A stretch of 64,000 bases of DNA from Octopus bimaculoides (lineage: Eukaryota), in NCBI RefSeq assembly GCF_001194135.2, contig NC_068986.1:89304202-89368201 (forward strand), read 5' to 3'. Made by a program: the position numbers and the translations under genes. Below, piece after piece: positions 37,150 to 50,989 of the stretch. Numbering within the stretch: position 1 is the stretch's first letter; each line of letters opens with the position of its first letter. The notes beneath the pieces are model-generated. The model saw only the letters and a program-made list of their open reading frames with translations, made no database searches and was not told the DNA's origin.

Positions 37150-39060
37150 CTACCCTATACTAAAAGCAATTATTATGGTTATTCCTGAAATCAATATTTT
37201 AGTAAACAATGGAGCGTTGAAAACACTCCTTGCAGTAGTGATTTTGGCTCATCATATCCCTAGAGTTTATCAATCGATTATCGAGTCGTGAGTTGATATG
37301 AAACCCCACTATATGATATGGTTGTATTTAAGTTAGTATAATTGACATTAGTAATTTTGTTAAAGTTACAATTATTTTATTAGTAATTAATCTATGAAAT
37401 TTAAAGGAAAACTGAGACTGCGAAAATATGAACTATTCCTGCAACTTAACTGTAATCTCAAAGGATTAATTTCAATTAAGTTATATCGGGTCGTCAAAAT
37501 CTAATTACACATTATACCACATAAGTAAACTAATCATGATTGCTAGAATCGTGGCTTTCTCCTGTTTCACAATCTTCCATGGTACTCTTTCATAGCGAAT
37601 TGATAGAAATTTGTAGCGAATTGATAGAATTCAGATTAATTGGATGAGGACACATTTGATGTGAATATATTCATAATGATATATTAGGTTTAAAGTGCAT
37701 AATAAGTTTTACTTTCACAATATAACAACTTTCTTTTCAGGGTGATATATATACCTGAAGGTTGAAAATACTAGAAGTACTACTGAGGTAAGTTCTATAT
37801 TTCTAACATTAATTCATCAAATCGCATTATCAATTTCATATTGCTTGTACTTCATCATTACATCTTTTTCAATTACTGGGTGTTGAAGATATGACTTTTG
37901 CAGGCCCTCAATGCAAAGTGAGCTTGATGCAGCTGGGGTTCCATTTAAATGGCTGGGGTTCAATTCCTGCAGGAAAGAGATGAGCAGGGAGAAGATTCCA
38001 AATGGCCTATGTTCTGAAGAAGAAAGATTAGGCATGATGCTGTTGTGCGAGCCAGACACAAAGGTAACGGGAGGTGAAGAGACGAGAGGCACAGGAAAGC
38101 CAAATGGAATAGATACGGGACTAACTATCTCCGATGGTGTGAAGCTGTGATAACAGATTTAGAAAAGGCAGGGGGAGTAAACCTTTTGTATGTGGGTGAT
38201 TTAATGTCAATACTCGAATATTTGTGAGTATATACCAGCAGCAATATCCGCGGCAGAGCGTGAGCACACTATTGTAGTCCTCATTTTCACTTTACCTTGT
38301 TTACTGTTGACATATTTTCTGGACTTGAAATAAAGAAGAGCTAATGAAGCTCCTCCACTATAATAAATCCCTTAAAATTTGGAGTGACTGTGAGGGCAGT
38401 AGCTCCCTTCTGCTCGGTTTCAGTGTGAACTCATGGTGTTTTCTCAAATAGCATATAATGTCAATGATATAGCATGGGATATATGAGCGATATCTCCTCA
38501 ATGTGCCTGCTCACAACTATAATACCGCTCCGTTAATAAACATAATAAGATATATGCAATATATATTTAATATTTTGTTGTAATGTAGTTTCCATCCTAC
38601 ACAGCTATGTGTCAATATTAACACTAATGAAACGCCATCAAGAGATGTACGTAGGATTTCAATATAATATACAATGTCGTTACTCATGTAGTAACATGAC
38701 ATTTACATATTGATTGCCATTATTATTACTTAATCGTTAATAGAATAATATCAGTGCAACGCTTCATGTAGGTATAATAGGATATGATTTAAGTTTTATA
38801 ATCAGAAAGCAGATAATACCTTGACCGTTCCAAGGCCTTTGAAAGTTAGAAGGCGAGAGGAGATATTTTCAATCAGAAAACTGTATGCTTACAATAGAAT
38901 GAACTCAACTAAATGCATTTAAGAATCAATTGGTGATATCAAACTAAGTGTTTAATAGGACCGCTGTAAAAGTAACTAGAATTACATTGTGAACCAAAAC
39001 ATTACTTTTTGCAATTTCATTACCAAAGTCGCATTAATAGATAATACTGTATTGCATAAG
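37150..39060. repeat. Copy 1 of a diverged ~1.9-kb local duplication
   Basis: Collinear by eye with 42630-44490, e.g. ttggatgagga..tgtgaatatatt, aagat.tgacttttgc, ttcct.caggaaaga and tgaaccaaa.cattac. Confidence 0.85.
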
Positions 39061-42000
39061 ATAAATATACCTTCTCTATTTTAAATCACTCTTCAAAACA
39101 AATGTTTATCGCTATATTTTTCCATTCTCTTTACAGGTCTTATTCCGATTAGCAATCAATCCTGAAGGTTATGGCACTCAATTAAAATTCCTATAAAATA
39201 AAATTGAATTTTTAAATAATTACCCGTGTGTGTGTGTTATTTTGCAATCTTCTTCAAATAAGGATAGTCGGTAAAAAATTCTACATCGTTATTTGATGTT
39301 GCTGTATGTGGTAGTGAAGGCCAAAGTGTGCAAATTCAAAAGTATCAGATATTCATAATGTAGGGAATATATATTATATATTCAGATATATATATATATA
39401 ATGTAGAGACCACATTATTACATAGTGTAGTGACATAATGAAGGGATTCTACATTATTTATAATAACGACTCTACATTATATATAATGTAGAGTCAACGC
39501 CAAAGTGTGTAGATTGAAAAGTTTCAGATATACATAACGTAAAACTATATAGGGTTCAGTCCTTAAGCAGAGCTTTTATTCTGTATATCTGCCGTTAAAT
39601 TCAATGACACACTTCTCTGTCCCAACTACAGTTACCATGTTTCAAAGCTACAGTAATACATATGTTAGATGCCATTGCTCGAGTAGCATGGTGTTGCTTC
39701 TGATATTTCTGTTCAATAGTAGGGCAATATTTCCTGTACGACTTTAACTTTTGTAGGGTGTAAAGAAAAACTGTAATTTATTTATCAGCAGAAAGGTGTT
39801 TATTGGTGAATATTTAGAACTTTTGCGTGGAAAAAAGTCTCGCATTGTAGTAAATACTAATATATCATGTTTGTCTTCTTAGTAAACTGGAACATGTAAT
39901 ACATACAAATATATCATCTTTATACTTTATCAAATACTTTTGGTCCACCTTGCAAACCAATAATGAAAGATCTTATGGTTACTGTTTAATAACTAAAGTA
40001 TGTACAAACAATAGCATTACGCTGATATATTTGTTATTTGTTTTCTTAATAGAATTCTCACGTGACAAAATAAGTGAAACTTCTCAAAATGCGTGTAATA
40101 TATGTTTATTATTGTCGGAGAACACATAAATGAATTGACATTATAAAATGTTCAATTTTATTTCCAAGTGTTTAAATCGTGAATTATATCAGGCAATTTA
40201 TATTTCTAATTCCGTTAAGCACTAACTTTGTGGTAGTGCTTGAGATGTGGAGATAGAACTAATAAGTATGTGAATACTTAGTCATTGATTTACACTGTTA
40301 ACCTCAAGATCAATATGCTGGAAATACTGAAATAAAACGTTCCTATGAAATTACAGAGTTTGAAATCTTTAAGTTTCAAATATATCAACAAACATTAGTG
40401 AAGAAAGAGGGAGTTTATTATTTTCAAAGCAAATTGATTATAACACATTGTTATATGATATACGTAAAATGTATAAACGAAATGCAATATAGCAATCGGA
40501 TTTATCAATGTAACTATAATTTTTATATAATCACATTATCTATCAAAGAGTAAATTTGCATTTCGAGGAATTCTGGGAAGTAGTATGCATACGAATAATA
40601 AAACGTGAACACGACTGAAAACATATCAACATGCGAAGTAATGTAGAGATTACGCAAAATCAAACAATGGGAAGGTACTAGCAACTGGTAAAAGCACACT
40701 CATCTAGTCTAAACATTACCTGGGAAATGTAAGGCGTTAGAAAATATATTGAACGCCTTGCCGAAGAGAGGACACCGTACTGACTCACTGAGTGGAAATC
40801 CGTTTTAACGGATAATATCATTAAAGTACTAACAAACATTATGTAAAGAAGAAAAAATCATAAACGATTAATACAAAATCATCATGAATATATATCTGAA
40901 TATGTGTTCAGATCATATGTGAATATTCAGATCATATTCGCATCATGAATATATATCTGGTTTCGAAAAATCATTTTCAGAAGATATGAATGGATGTTGC
41001 GAAGTGTTAAATCCCAGGTAGTGTGCCTACAAGATAGTAACTAGCTGATAGTACGTGTATTCACTTTGTCCTTGAATTCTTCAAGAAAACTGCGTAAAAA
41101 TTTGTAAATAATTTAAGTTCAAATTACGATAAACGCAAACAAACAAACGAAGTTTGCTTTTAGGAGCGTTGAGATGTCTTGGAAAGTTAAAGAAGTGATT
41201 TTAAATTCTCAAACGCAGGATAATGCTAATAATATAGCCTGAACAGGATAAACTACCCCTATTTTGCAGAAAAAAAGTGTAGGCGGTTAGCTATGAGACG
41301 TAAATAAGTTGCACTAACATCCTGCGCGTACACCGAGTACATTGGCATAGATCTAGAATTGCTTCCTTGAAGTGTACTAGATTTAACGGGAAAAAGTAAC
41401 AGATTTATGCTATCGATCTAAAAATGACACATATCGACGAAAATATGACTCGAACTAACAACTGGTGTATCATTAAATACATAGACACATGTCCACAAAT
41501 GTGCGATTACAACGAGGCTTCTTAAAAGATTCACTCTAGTTATTTCTTATACTGTTTATCGGTGAGCACATGCTTTTTCATGTCAGAACATAGCAGATTT
41601 CTTCCACCTAGACGATGCCTTATTCGTAAACACGGAGCTGTTTCAATTCCTCTGGAAATATGTTTTACTCTGACCGGTGACATTGTTATGGAAAGGAATC
41701 ATCCATTGGTGACATGTTAAGTGCACATTTTATTTTGTTGTACACATCGGCAGAGTAAGAACTTAGAATTTAGCTGGCTACCATTGATAAACACCATCCT
41801 TCAAAGATACTACCTCAATTCAAGCCTGCCTTACACAATGAATAATTATTAGTAGCGGCACTCGTGAATATTTCACGGAATTAATGGTAAACCTATTTCT
41901 ACAAATTTCATTCAAAAAACCTGAAAGCGTGGCCTGTGTTGTGTTTGTATGGAAAGATAATCGCTTGTCTGCTACTCATTGAAAAGTGAAAGAAATTGGA

Positions 42001-43301
42001 ATACAATGATTATTTAATGCACTTTATATACACATTTTATACACTTTATGCACAATTTCATAGACTTAATACGCAGCACTCACAAAATAAAATTTGACTC
42101 TTATTTTTCTGTTTTTCTCATATACAAAAAAAAATATCCCGTAAATATGATACAACCTTTAGTTAAGTTGCATATATCTGCCACGTAAATAAGCGTGAAT
42201 ATTTCACGGAATTGCACTTATACGCATACGTTAAGTGATAGGTGATACAAAAAAACACTTAGTACAATTTTTTAAAAATTACTTTCCCTATCCAATCACC
42301 ACAACCTCCATCACCACCATCACCGCTACCACCCCCTTCATCTCTCTCTCCCTCCTTTCTCTCCCCTCTTTCTCTTCCTCCCCTCTCTCTCTCTCTCGCC
42401 CTCTTTCTCCCCTCTCTGTCATTCTTTAACCTCCCCATCAGAACATCACCCCCTGCTAAAATCATTACTTTTCCTCTCCCTCAAGTCATGGACGCTTCTC
42501 TCTCCCTCTTTTTCTTTCTCTCTCTTTCTGTTTCACTCATCGCGTTATTCTCTTTTATTCTCTCTTTTCTTTCTCTCTTTCCTTTCAACTAACCACGTGA
42601 AAGCGTTACAATTGCATCCCCACGGGCTAAGTAACGCAATAACAAGCAGAATTATTACAAGATTATCATTTCTAAAAATCAATTAATAATGTAGCACTGA
42701 AAGCACATTTTTCAGTGGTTTTGGCCCAGTAATTTCTTTGAGTTCGTCAATTGATGTTCGAATTATAAACTGGTATGATAACCATAGACAAATTGGTATC
42801 CATATACTAATATAAGTCCATATAATTAGCGTTAGTAATTTTAATTAAATGTACACGAATTTTATTGTACTTAATACATAAAACTTGAAATGCGAAAATG
42901 TGAACCATCCTCAGAATTTAATTGTTCTCATACAGTCAAAGAGTTAAATCCAATTAATTTGTAAAGTTAGCCAATCGTCAGAGCCAGACCTAAATCACAA
43001 ACTTACGCATTATATTACTGATTGCATCCAATTAATATATTACAGATTCCTTGGATGAGGAGATATTTTATGTGAATATATTTATAAAGACAGTTTCTAT
43101 TAGCTTATAGTTTGCATTAGCTTTCGCTTTTACAATATATCAAACTCTTTTTTTGCAGTTTGGACACAAACCTGAATATAGAAAACACTGGCTGTACAAG
43201 TGAGTTAAATACAATATTTCTAACGCTAATTCATCAACGTTACTGTGACTGTAATGTCAATTAAAGATCGCTTTGATTTCATTATAATTTTGCTAATATT
43301 T

Positions 43302-43463
43302 TTAGTTGCTGGGTGGAGAAGATGTGACTTTTGCTGACCCTCTGTCTTTAGTGAGTCTGGTGCCGTTGAGGGCCCATTTCAACTTTTGTATTTCGATTCC
43401 TACAGGAAAGACAAGAGACGCGGGAGAAATTCCTAATGGCTGATCTTCTGGAGTATAAGACAT
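43302..43463 (-). CDS. Candidate 53-aa small ORF MSYTPEDQPLGISPASLVFPVGIEIQKLKWALNGTRLTKDRGSAKVTSSPPSN
   Basis: ATG in gcatcATG context (A at -3) about 90 nt after the candidate TSS. The paralog at 37869-38035 keeps the ATG context and the PSN-stop but has a 1-nt frameshift and an internal TGA. Confidence 0.25.
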   Translation of the reverse strand: MSYTPEDQPLGISPASLVFPVGIEIQKLKWALNGTRLTKDRGSAKVTSSPPSN

Positions 43464-43547
43464 GATGCAGCTTCGTGAGAAAAGTAAACTGGTTGCGAGG
43501 AATGGAGAGGCAATTGAACCGGGAATGCTTGGTTGGAAGGAGTACGG

Positions 43548-43663
43548 GAGTAACCAGCCCCTGGAGACAAGCTTTTATAGCAGTTTTAGAAAAGACGGGG
43601 GAGGTAGGCGGGATGTCTGTGAGTGAGAGCCTAGAGCGCTTTTGTGAGTGATGTCACGCCAAT
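43548..43663 (-). promoter_or_regulatory. Candidate Pol II core promoter on the minus strand
   Basis: CCAAT 43659-43663, CRE-like TGACATCA 43649-43656, GC box 43607-43612, TATAAAAG 43579-43572, and Inr-like TTACTC with A at 43551 (28 nt from the TATA). Confidence 0.45.
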
Positions 43664-44559
43664 TAGACGAACAGCTATCTTGAGGATGCGATCGATTACA
43701 TAGAGGCAACAGTATTCCAAATACTGAGTCAATATTTCATTGTGGTCACCACTTTAGCTTTTCATTTTTAAGGGTTGAAATATTTTGTAAGCCTGAAAAG
43801 AAGAGCCTGTCTTAAGAACACTGGCCTAGTTGTGTTAAAACTGACTTCTCACCAAAGGAGAACCTCGGCGATAGTGTAGACCTCTAGAATTTGGAGCCAT
43901 TGTGAGGGCTCTTGCTGAGAGCAGCTCATGTTTAGTGTGAGCATGGTATACGTGAGCGAGGTCTCCTCAAAATGCCTGCTTATAACTAACAAACCACTCA
44001 GTTAAAAAATGTGAATAAAATATGTGCAATATATATTTAATAGCCCATTATAATGTGGTTTCCATACTTCTGGAATAGCAAAGTGATTACCTCTAATACA
44101 ATGACATCAAAAGAACTAAAAAGGATATCATTATATAATAAAACTTACTCATGTGATAACACGAGATTCTATTATTGATAACTTTGATTATTCCTAAATT
44201 ATTACAAGAATATCAATGCAATGTAGTGGTACTTCACATAGTTACAATGTGATATAATTTAAGTTTTATAGTCAAGAAGAAAACAGCCCCTTGCTGTGTG
44301 AAGGCCACTGAAAGTAGTTGGAAAGGAGATATTCTCAAACCGAAAACCTGATGCTTACAATCAAGTGGATTTTACTAAAAGCATTCAAATACCAGATGGT
44401 GATGTTAAACTAAGTAAGCATTGTCATAATAAACAGCCTCTCATGATGAACCAAATCATTACCATTTGGAATATCATTACAAAAATAATACAAGCTGCGG
44501 CAAAATGATCTGACACATTTGTAGGTTTAATAGAAGTAAAATAAAGTAAAGAACCAAAA

Positions 44560-44960
44560 ATGGGTTTTTATTTTCGCGATGTACATATAATGCCATTTTG
44601 TTTCAATAGGTGCAATTTGTGATATTTTGTTTCATTTTGTTTTCACTTGCCGACATGTATCGGACGGGTGACCATCGCGCTTTTATTTTAGAAACGTTTA
44701 TCAAGAACAACGAATCCGTAACTGCAACATGAAGAGCGTTCCGTGTGCACTTAAAGTTAGGTGGACACGATCTCGTACCTATTAATTTGGGGTCCGTACT
44801 TCTTTGAAGAAGACAATGTTATAGTGACTGTGAATTCTGATTGATTTTGTGTGATGCTTGAGACTTTTCTGAAACCGAAATTGAATGAACTTGATGGGAA
44901 CAATGTTTGGTTTCAATGCCCTTCCTGAATTTCTTGAATGGGATTTCTTTTCTGGTCGAG
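44560..44960 (+). mobile_element. Internally deleted Tc1/mariner-superfamily element (DUF4817-type N-terminus)
   Basis: HRAFILETFIKNNESVTAT and TVNSD.FCVMLETFLKPKLNELDGNNVWFQ. Confidence 0.6.
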
Positions 44961-46082
44961 AGGTACTGGCTTCTTTATATTAGGCAAACAATGGAATTAC
45001 TGTAGTCACATCACCTCAATTTACAGCTTACCGGTTTAGCCTCTCATCAATCTGGGCTTGTATTTTTGCACGTGATCATTGTGTGTCTGTTTATTTCATA
45101 ATCGTGTGATTCTATAAGTCATTCCACATTCATCATTTATGGTTTTTAGGCAATTCTGTATAGCATATGTGTTGATCACTAACGTTTTCCCATATAATTT
45201 TGTTCTTTATGTTCTCGTGCAATGCTATACTTCCTGGTTATCAACACGCACTAACATCAGGAGCAATTGCATTGTACTGCACAATGCAAAATGAATTATC
45301 ATGTGATTGAATAATACACAAATACGCGAGCTCTTCGCTTAATTCTCAAGCCTACTCAGCCTAACACACTATGTACCAAGGCTGCACCCATGAACTAAAT
45401 GTACAATCCAGACATGCTTTCACTGTGCCTGTTTCACTCAATTTCATTCACAGAGCTTGGATTAACTCGAGGCCTAAGTGAGAAGTACTGCTCCAAATGC
45501 CATACAGTGGGATCAAACTTGAAACCGCATGATTACGAAGCAAACTTCTATATCTGTACCTAAAAATTGTACTCTCTGACATTCATACGCATATACAGTG
45601 GTGTGTATTCTAGAGATATACGCTTGTGATATAGCCACATTAAAATAATGTTATATTTCTGTGTCTTATTTGTACGCGTTTCATTACGATTGTATATGAG
45701 TCTGTATTTTTTTTTTTTTCGATTTTGTTGTGGGTGAATACGAACGTGAGTTTTTACGAGGTAACCAAATTCTCTGATTTCTAGTTGACTTTTCATATAA
45801 CTACTCGCAAATGGAGATATGAAATGCTTGTTATTATACACGCACAAACACTCACATATACATATATATATATATATATACATGTACCTACAGGGGACAT
45901 GCACATATATACACACATACACACACGTACACACATGCTCACACATATATACACACATGATAAAAGTAACAACGCAAAAATAAACGTATACATATATGTA
46001 TGCCTGAATATATATAGGTATATATATATATATATATATATNNNNNNNNNNNNNNNNNNNNNNNNNNNNNNNNNNNNNNNNN

Positions 46083-46114
<32 letters not shown>

Positions 46115-46162
46115 CTGTGTGTATATGTGTGCCTGTGTGTGTGTACATATATAGATATATGT

Positions 46163-46197
<35 letters not shown>

Positions 46198-46238
46198 ATT
46201 ATATATATGTGTACATATATATATGTATGTATGAACAG

Positions 46239-46277
<39 letters not shown>

Positions 46278-46369
46278 CGTGTGTGTGTACATATATGCAT
46301 GAACAGATGTATATATATACATATATACGCATGCATGTATGTATATATATACATATATATACATGTATG

Positions 46370-46434
<65 letters not shown>

Positions 46435-46739
46435 TTGTGTGAGAATATATATGCATATGTACTTATATATGTATGCATATAAATACACATACATACAGAA
46501 AGAGAGTGAGAGAAAGAGAGAGTGAGTGGGAGAGTAATTGGGGGGGAGCCGTTTCCAAAAGTTTGCAATAACTGTCAACATACATTAAAAGAAGAGCCAG
46601 AAAGATGGAACTTTGTAAAGAGCTTAATTTCACTTAGCCGACTAATTAAAGCAGCGCTAATCTTAATTAGGAACTGGCTTGCTGTGGAAGAAGCCGGGGT
46701 GATGATACAGACGACAGTGGTGGAGGTTTTGACAGAAGT

Positions 46740-46753
46740 AATGGTGGTGGTGG

Positions 46754-46784
<31 letters not shown>

Positions 46785-46995
46785 GCTGGTCCTGGTGCTG
46801 GTGAAAGGGTGACGTATACGGCGGAAGGAGCGTAGGAAAATGAAATAAAAATTTTGATGACGATGGTGGCAGTGGGTATGATGATGTGATGGTGGTGCTG
46901 GTGATGATGAGGAGGAGGAGGACGACGACGACGACGAGGACGACGACGAAAAGAAGGAGGAGGATAGTGATGATAGTAGTGGTGGTAGTGGTGTT
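46740..46995. repeat. Compound trinucleotide microsatellites (GGT, GCT, GAG, GAC, GAT)
   Basis: Direct reading; source of the low-complexity ORFs at 46522-47075. Confidence 0.9.
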
Positions 46996-47389
46996 AGAGA
47001 TGTCGATAATAAAAGGCAAGAAAACAAAAAAGCATAAAAAGATGAAGAAAGAAACATAAAGTTATGGAAAACCATGAAAAAAAAATTAGCAAAAGGAAAC
47101 GAAAATTAAAACAATTATATAAATTCAAAACAAAAAAGGAAAAGAAAGAAGAGAATATAAGAAAATATAAAAGAAAATATTAACAATTTAATGAGCAGAT
47201 TATAAAGAGGAAAGCGTAGGCGAAAAGGGAGCTAGGAAGAGAAGCAAATAAAATATATAAATATAAATATATGAAAAAGTATATATTGAGAAACTAGAAA
47301 GAAAATACATTTTGTTATAATTGAGCTGATTACGTCTGTTTTTGTCTGCTTAAAGACTCTCTCAATAATATGGTTTAAAGAAATTATTA

Positions 47390-48000
47390 CATTATACCAC
47401 ATGGTTTTCTATGGGCCGACAATGCAGTCCTCGGGTTGCTGCTTCACCTGACATAACTCCACATGTCAGCAATGCACGAACACTGAACGAGTGTGTGCAG
47501 AACGGTTTCGTGGCTCTGCGCGCACCTCGGACAAGCCCGTCTGACAGCACATCGGTGCCTGTAGAGTTTATCTCGAACCGGTAGCGCCCCTTCCCCGGTA
47601 GCATTACAAAGCCAAAGACATCTGGAAATTGTCCATAATAGTCTCCGACCGATAAGTCCTCCTGAACACACGTTAACCTTCTAGAAATCGGTGCAGGTGG
47701 CGCAACCTAGGCGCATGTCTGTGCATCAAAATCCACGGCATGCCTAAGCCGCCAATCAGAGGGAGCTGGCAGCAGACAAACCCTCTGATCAGTGGAATGC
47801 ATCCCTTCCTCAAGAACATGAACAAGAGACGCTCCAACTTGATCATACAGTAACTGAGGCAAGGCACAACGGTCAGACGATAAATAATAACGGATACGAT
47901 GTAGGTATTCGCCATCTGTGCCCGACCTTTTAAGGACAGCTTCCTCTCTGCCTATTTCAGAGTAAGACTGGCCATCTTGTTCGACACCTCATCTCAATTC
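47390..48000 (-). mobile_element. Tx1/L1-like fragment homologous to 28600-29350
   Basis: RLERL..LFMFLRKGCIPLIR..GGLGMPWILMHRHA and CPRCAQSHETVLHTLVQC. Confidence 0.75.
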
Positions 48001-48479
48001 TTATCCACCGGAAAAGCAGGACCGAACCAGACCGCAAGGGAAATTGGAAAGGTTTGAAATGATTTTATCAGCATTTACTTGTACTAAAGAGCACTTTTTC
48101 GATAGACAAGTTGATCTCATTAAGTATCGCGGGATGGAAATAAACGCAATTACCAAACTTTCATTGCATTATTTATTTATATTATTTATTTATTTATTTT
48201 TTCATATATGTAAAACGACGTCCTTTATTTTTTAATCCTTATCTGCTGATATCAAAATAAGTAGTACATTGAAAAATAAAAATATTTACTAGGTGGCGGG
48301 GGCATTTGTGACTCCAAGGTCAAAATGGGTTAAGAACCTTTGGTATAGACCATAATATAAGGTGTGAAAGGAGAACGCTTGCCGAACATTTGATAAATAG
48401 TGACGAAGGTCTGCTACAATATACCGGGACCCATATTATTATTGATAATTTTAAATGTTATAGGTAGAACGATGGTGGT

Positions 48480-49745
48480 AATGATTATCACTGTGGTTGT
48501 GGAGGCGACACAATGCAAGCACGCTATTTATATATATATGCCAAAGATTGATTACTGCAATGAATATGTGGGCAGTTGCTGTGGTCAGATATAGTGCGTC
48601 CTTCATCAAATGGACTAAGGAGGAAATATCAACACTGCATAAGAGGACGAGAAAGTTGATGACGCTGCATGGGGCGCTAAACCCCAAAGCAAACGTAAAC
48701 AGACTGTATATGAAAAGAAAGAATGGTGGCAGAGGACTATTCAGTATAGACCATTGTATAAGGAGTGAAAAGAGAACGCTCTCCAAGCATATCATAAATA
48801 GTGAAGACCTGCGGCAATATGCCACGAAAGATATGGGTGTAAATGCAGATGAAATGATGGGCAAGGAAGAGTTTAAACAAAGAGGTGAAGAGAAGAGAAA
48901 AGAAGACCTTCTTGAAATGAGAAGGCATGGACAATTTGAAAGGAATACACAAGACGTTAAGGATAATACAGCATCGAAGGCATGGCTTGAGCGAGGTGAT
49001 TTGAAGAATACCACCGATAGCCTGTTTATTGCTGCACAAGGCCAGACTCTCGCCGCCAATTCACTGAAGTATAACATCTATAAAAGTTCTGATACCCAGA
49101 AATGCAGACTCTATGGAAAGAGTGTAGAAAATGTGACCCACTAGGTAAGTGGATGTGAGAACCTTGCACAAAAAGAATACAAGAGTCACCACGATAAAGT
49201 GTGTTTGCATCTTCATTGGCTTTGATGCTGTAAATACCAATATGAAGTAACAGGGAAGTGGTATGAGCATGTAGCAAGTAAAGTTAAGCAGGAGGATGGA
49301 AAAGTAACGATACTCTGGGGTTATGATTTTGAGACGGATCGTGTAATCGAACACCGTCGGCCGGATATTGCCATATTGAATAAGAGAGACAAATACTGTC
49401 AGATCATTGATGTAGCCATACGAAATGGCATGAATGCTGTGAGTAAAGAGATAGAAAAAATGACCAAGTACTCCGAATTGAAAGTGGAAATAACAAGACT
49501 GTATGGAATGCGAGAGGGTAATGTAAAAGTGATACCAGTGGTGATCGGAGCGTTGGGCTCAATCCAGTTGAAAATTCAAAACTTAAGGCAACTGGAAATC
49601 CCGTGCAAGGTTTATGTCTTGCAAAAAGCAGTTTTATAGGGCACAGCACACATCTTAAGGAAAGTATTATCTATCTGAGGTCCTTGTGGTAACTTGACAG
49701 ATGACTAAAAATTCCGGTGCATTTTTACCTACACTGTGTTGCGAA
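48480..49745 (+). mobile_element. R4/Dong-like RLE-type non-LTR retrotransposon 3' fragment
   Basis: AVVRYSASFIKWTKEE..RLYMKRKNGGRGL; CCHC-like CRLYGKSVENVTH.VSGC; RLE motifs RRPDI..IIDVAI..KY.EL..VIPVVIGALG; ends at (TAA)n. Confidence 0.88.
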
Positions 49746-50124
49746 GGAATAATAATAATAATCCTATCTTCTAAAGGTACAAGGCCTGAAATTTGCGGTA
49801 AGGGGACTAGTCGATTATATCGCCCCCACTGTGTAGTGCTGTTTTTTTTGTTTTTTTGTTTTTTTTGCTGTTACCGCTTGTATTATGTGTTGAATGTGTA
49901 ATGTTTTGGTTTTACGAATTGTTGGTGGAAGTTTATTTCACTGGGTAAATTTGTGAGGAGTAGGTAGTTGATGACATTGATCTCAGTATTTGACTGGTAC
50001 TTAATTTATCGACCTTGAAAGGATAAAAGAATAATTCGACCTCGGCGGAATTTGAACTCAAAACGTATAGACGGACGAAATGCCGCTAAGCATATCGCCC
50101 AGCGTAATAATAATAATAACAATA

Positions 50125-50900
50125 AGGGAAGTTCAGGACTCAAAGCAGAGACTGAACGATTTTAAATCGCAGCACAAGATCAAAGCGTCTCCGCTAAAAA
50201 ATACCAGAAACACAACATGAAGAAAAATACAGCAAGGAACTACAGAATGTGTATTGATGGGAAAGAAACAATAAATCATATTTCTCTGGCTTCCCAGTCC
50301 TGGCTAAGAAGAAATAAATCCACAAGAATGACAGAGTTGGAACCTATATACACTAGAAGCTATTTCAACACTGTGGAATGACAAGAGAAAAAAGATAGTA
50401 TGGACATACCTCAAAAAAGGTCTCAAAAAAAGGTCTCAAAAAGGACAAAGTAACAGTATGCTGGGATATGCCAATGCATACAGATAGAGAAACCAAGGCT
50501 AATAGACCGGTTATAGTTGTCAGAGATTTCCAAGAATAATATGCTTTCTAATCGATGTATTAATATTAACAGATGACAATGTATCTTTAAAAGAAAGAGA
50601 GAAACTCTGAATACACAAAGATCTGAAAATAGAGGTAACCCGAATGTGGAGCCTAAAATCAGAAACAATCCCTATAATTTTAGGTGCATTAAGTATGATT
50701 AAAAAAACATTCGGACAAATACATAACTAAGTCACCAGGACTTATATAACACACAGAAAATAGCACTACTAGGTACCGCACACGTCTTACGTAAGGCATT
50801 TTCAATACAGTGAAAAGCGCTACAACAAATCACAGCACGTACCCAAGGCACACAGAGCTGCGCTCGGTTGTGCAGCAAATGCACGTGATACAAACATGAC
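50125..50900 (+). mobile_element. Second R4/Dong-like 3' fragment, degenerate
   Basis: ETKANRPVIVVRD..CFLIDV and TIPIILGALSMI (RLE); flanked by TAA runs. Confidence 0.75.
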
Positions 50901-50927
50901 TAAATAATAATAATAATAATAATAATG

Positions 50928-50989
<62 letters not shown>

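Larger units (their letters stand above)
42630..44490. repeat. Copy 2 of a diverged ~1.9-kb local duplication
   Basis: Collinear with 37150-39060 at an offset of about 5.45 kb. Confidence 0.85.

Noticed and set aside
37985-38000. NF-kB-like GGGAGAAGATTCC / GGGAGAAATTCC in both copies of the duplication
   Set aside because: Spacing departs from the 10-11-bp kB consensus, and the motif is explained by the shared minus-strand pyrimidine tract.
37911-38150. Plus-strand 79-aa ORF in the duplicated block
   Set aside because: The paralogous copy has several stops in the equivalent frame and no protein-level similarity.
46522-47075. His/Thr/Ser/Val-rich ORFs
   Set aside because: They are translations of compound trinucleotide microsatellites with no gene structure.
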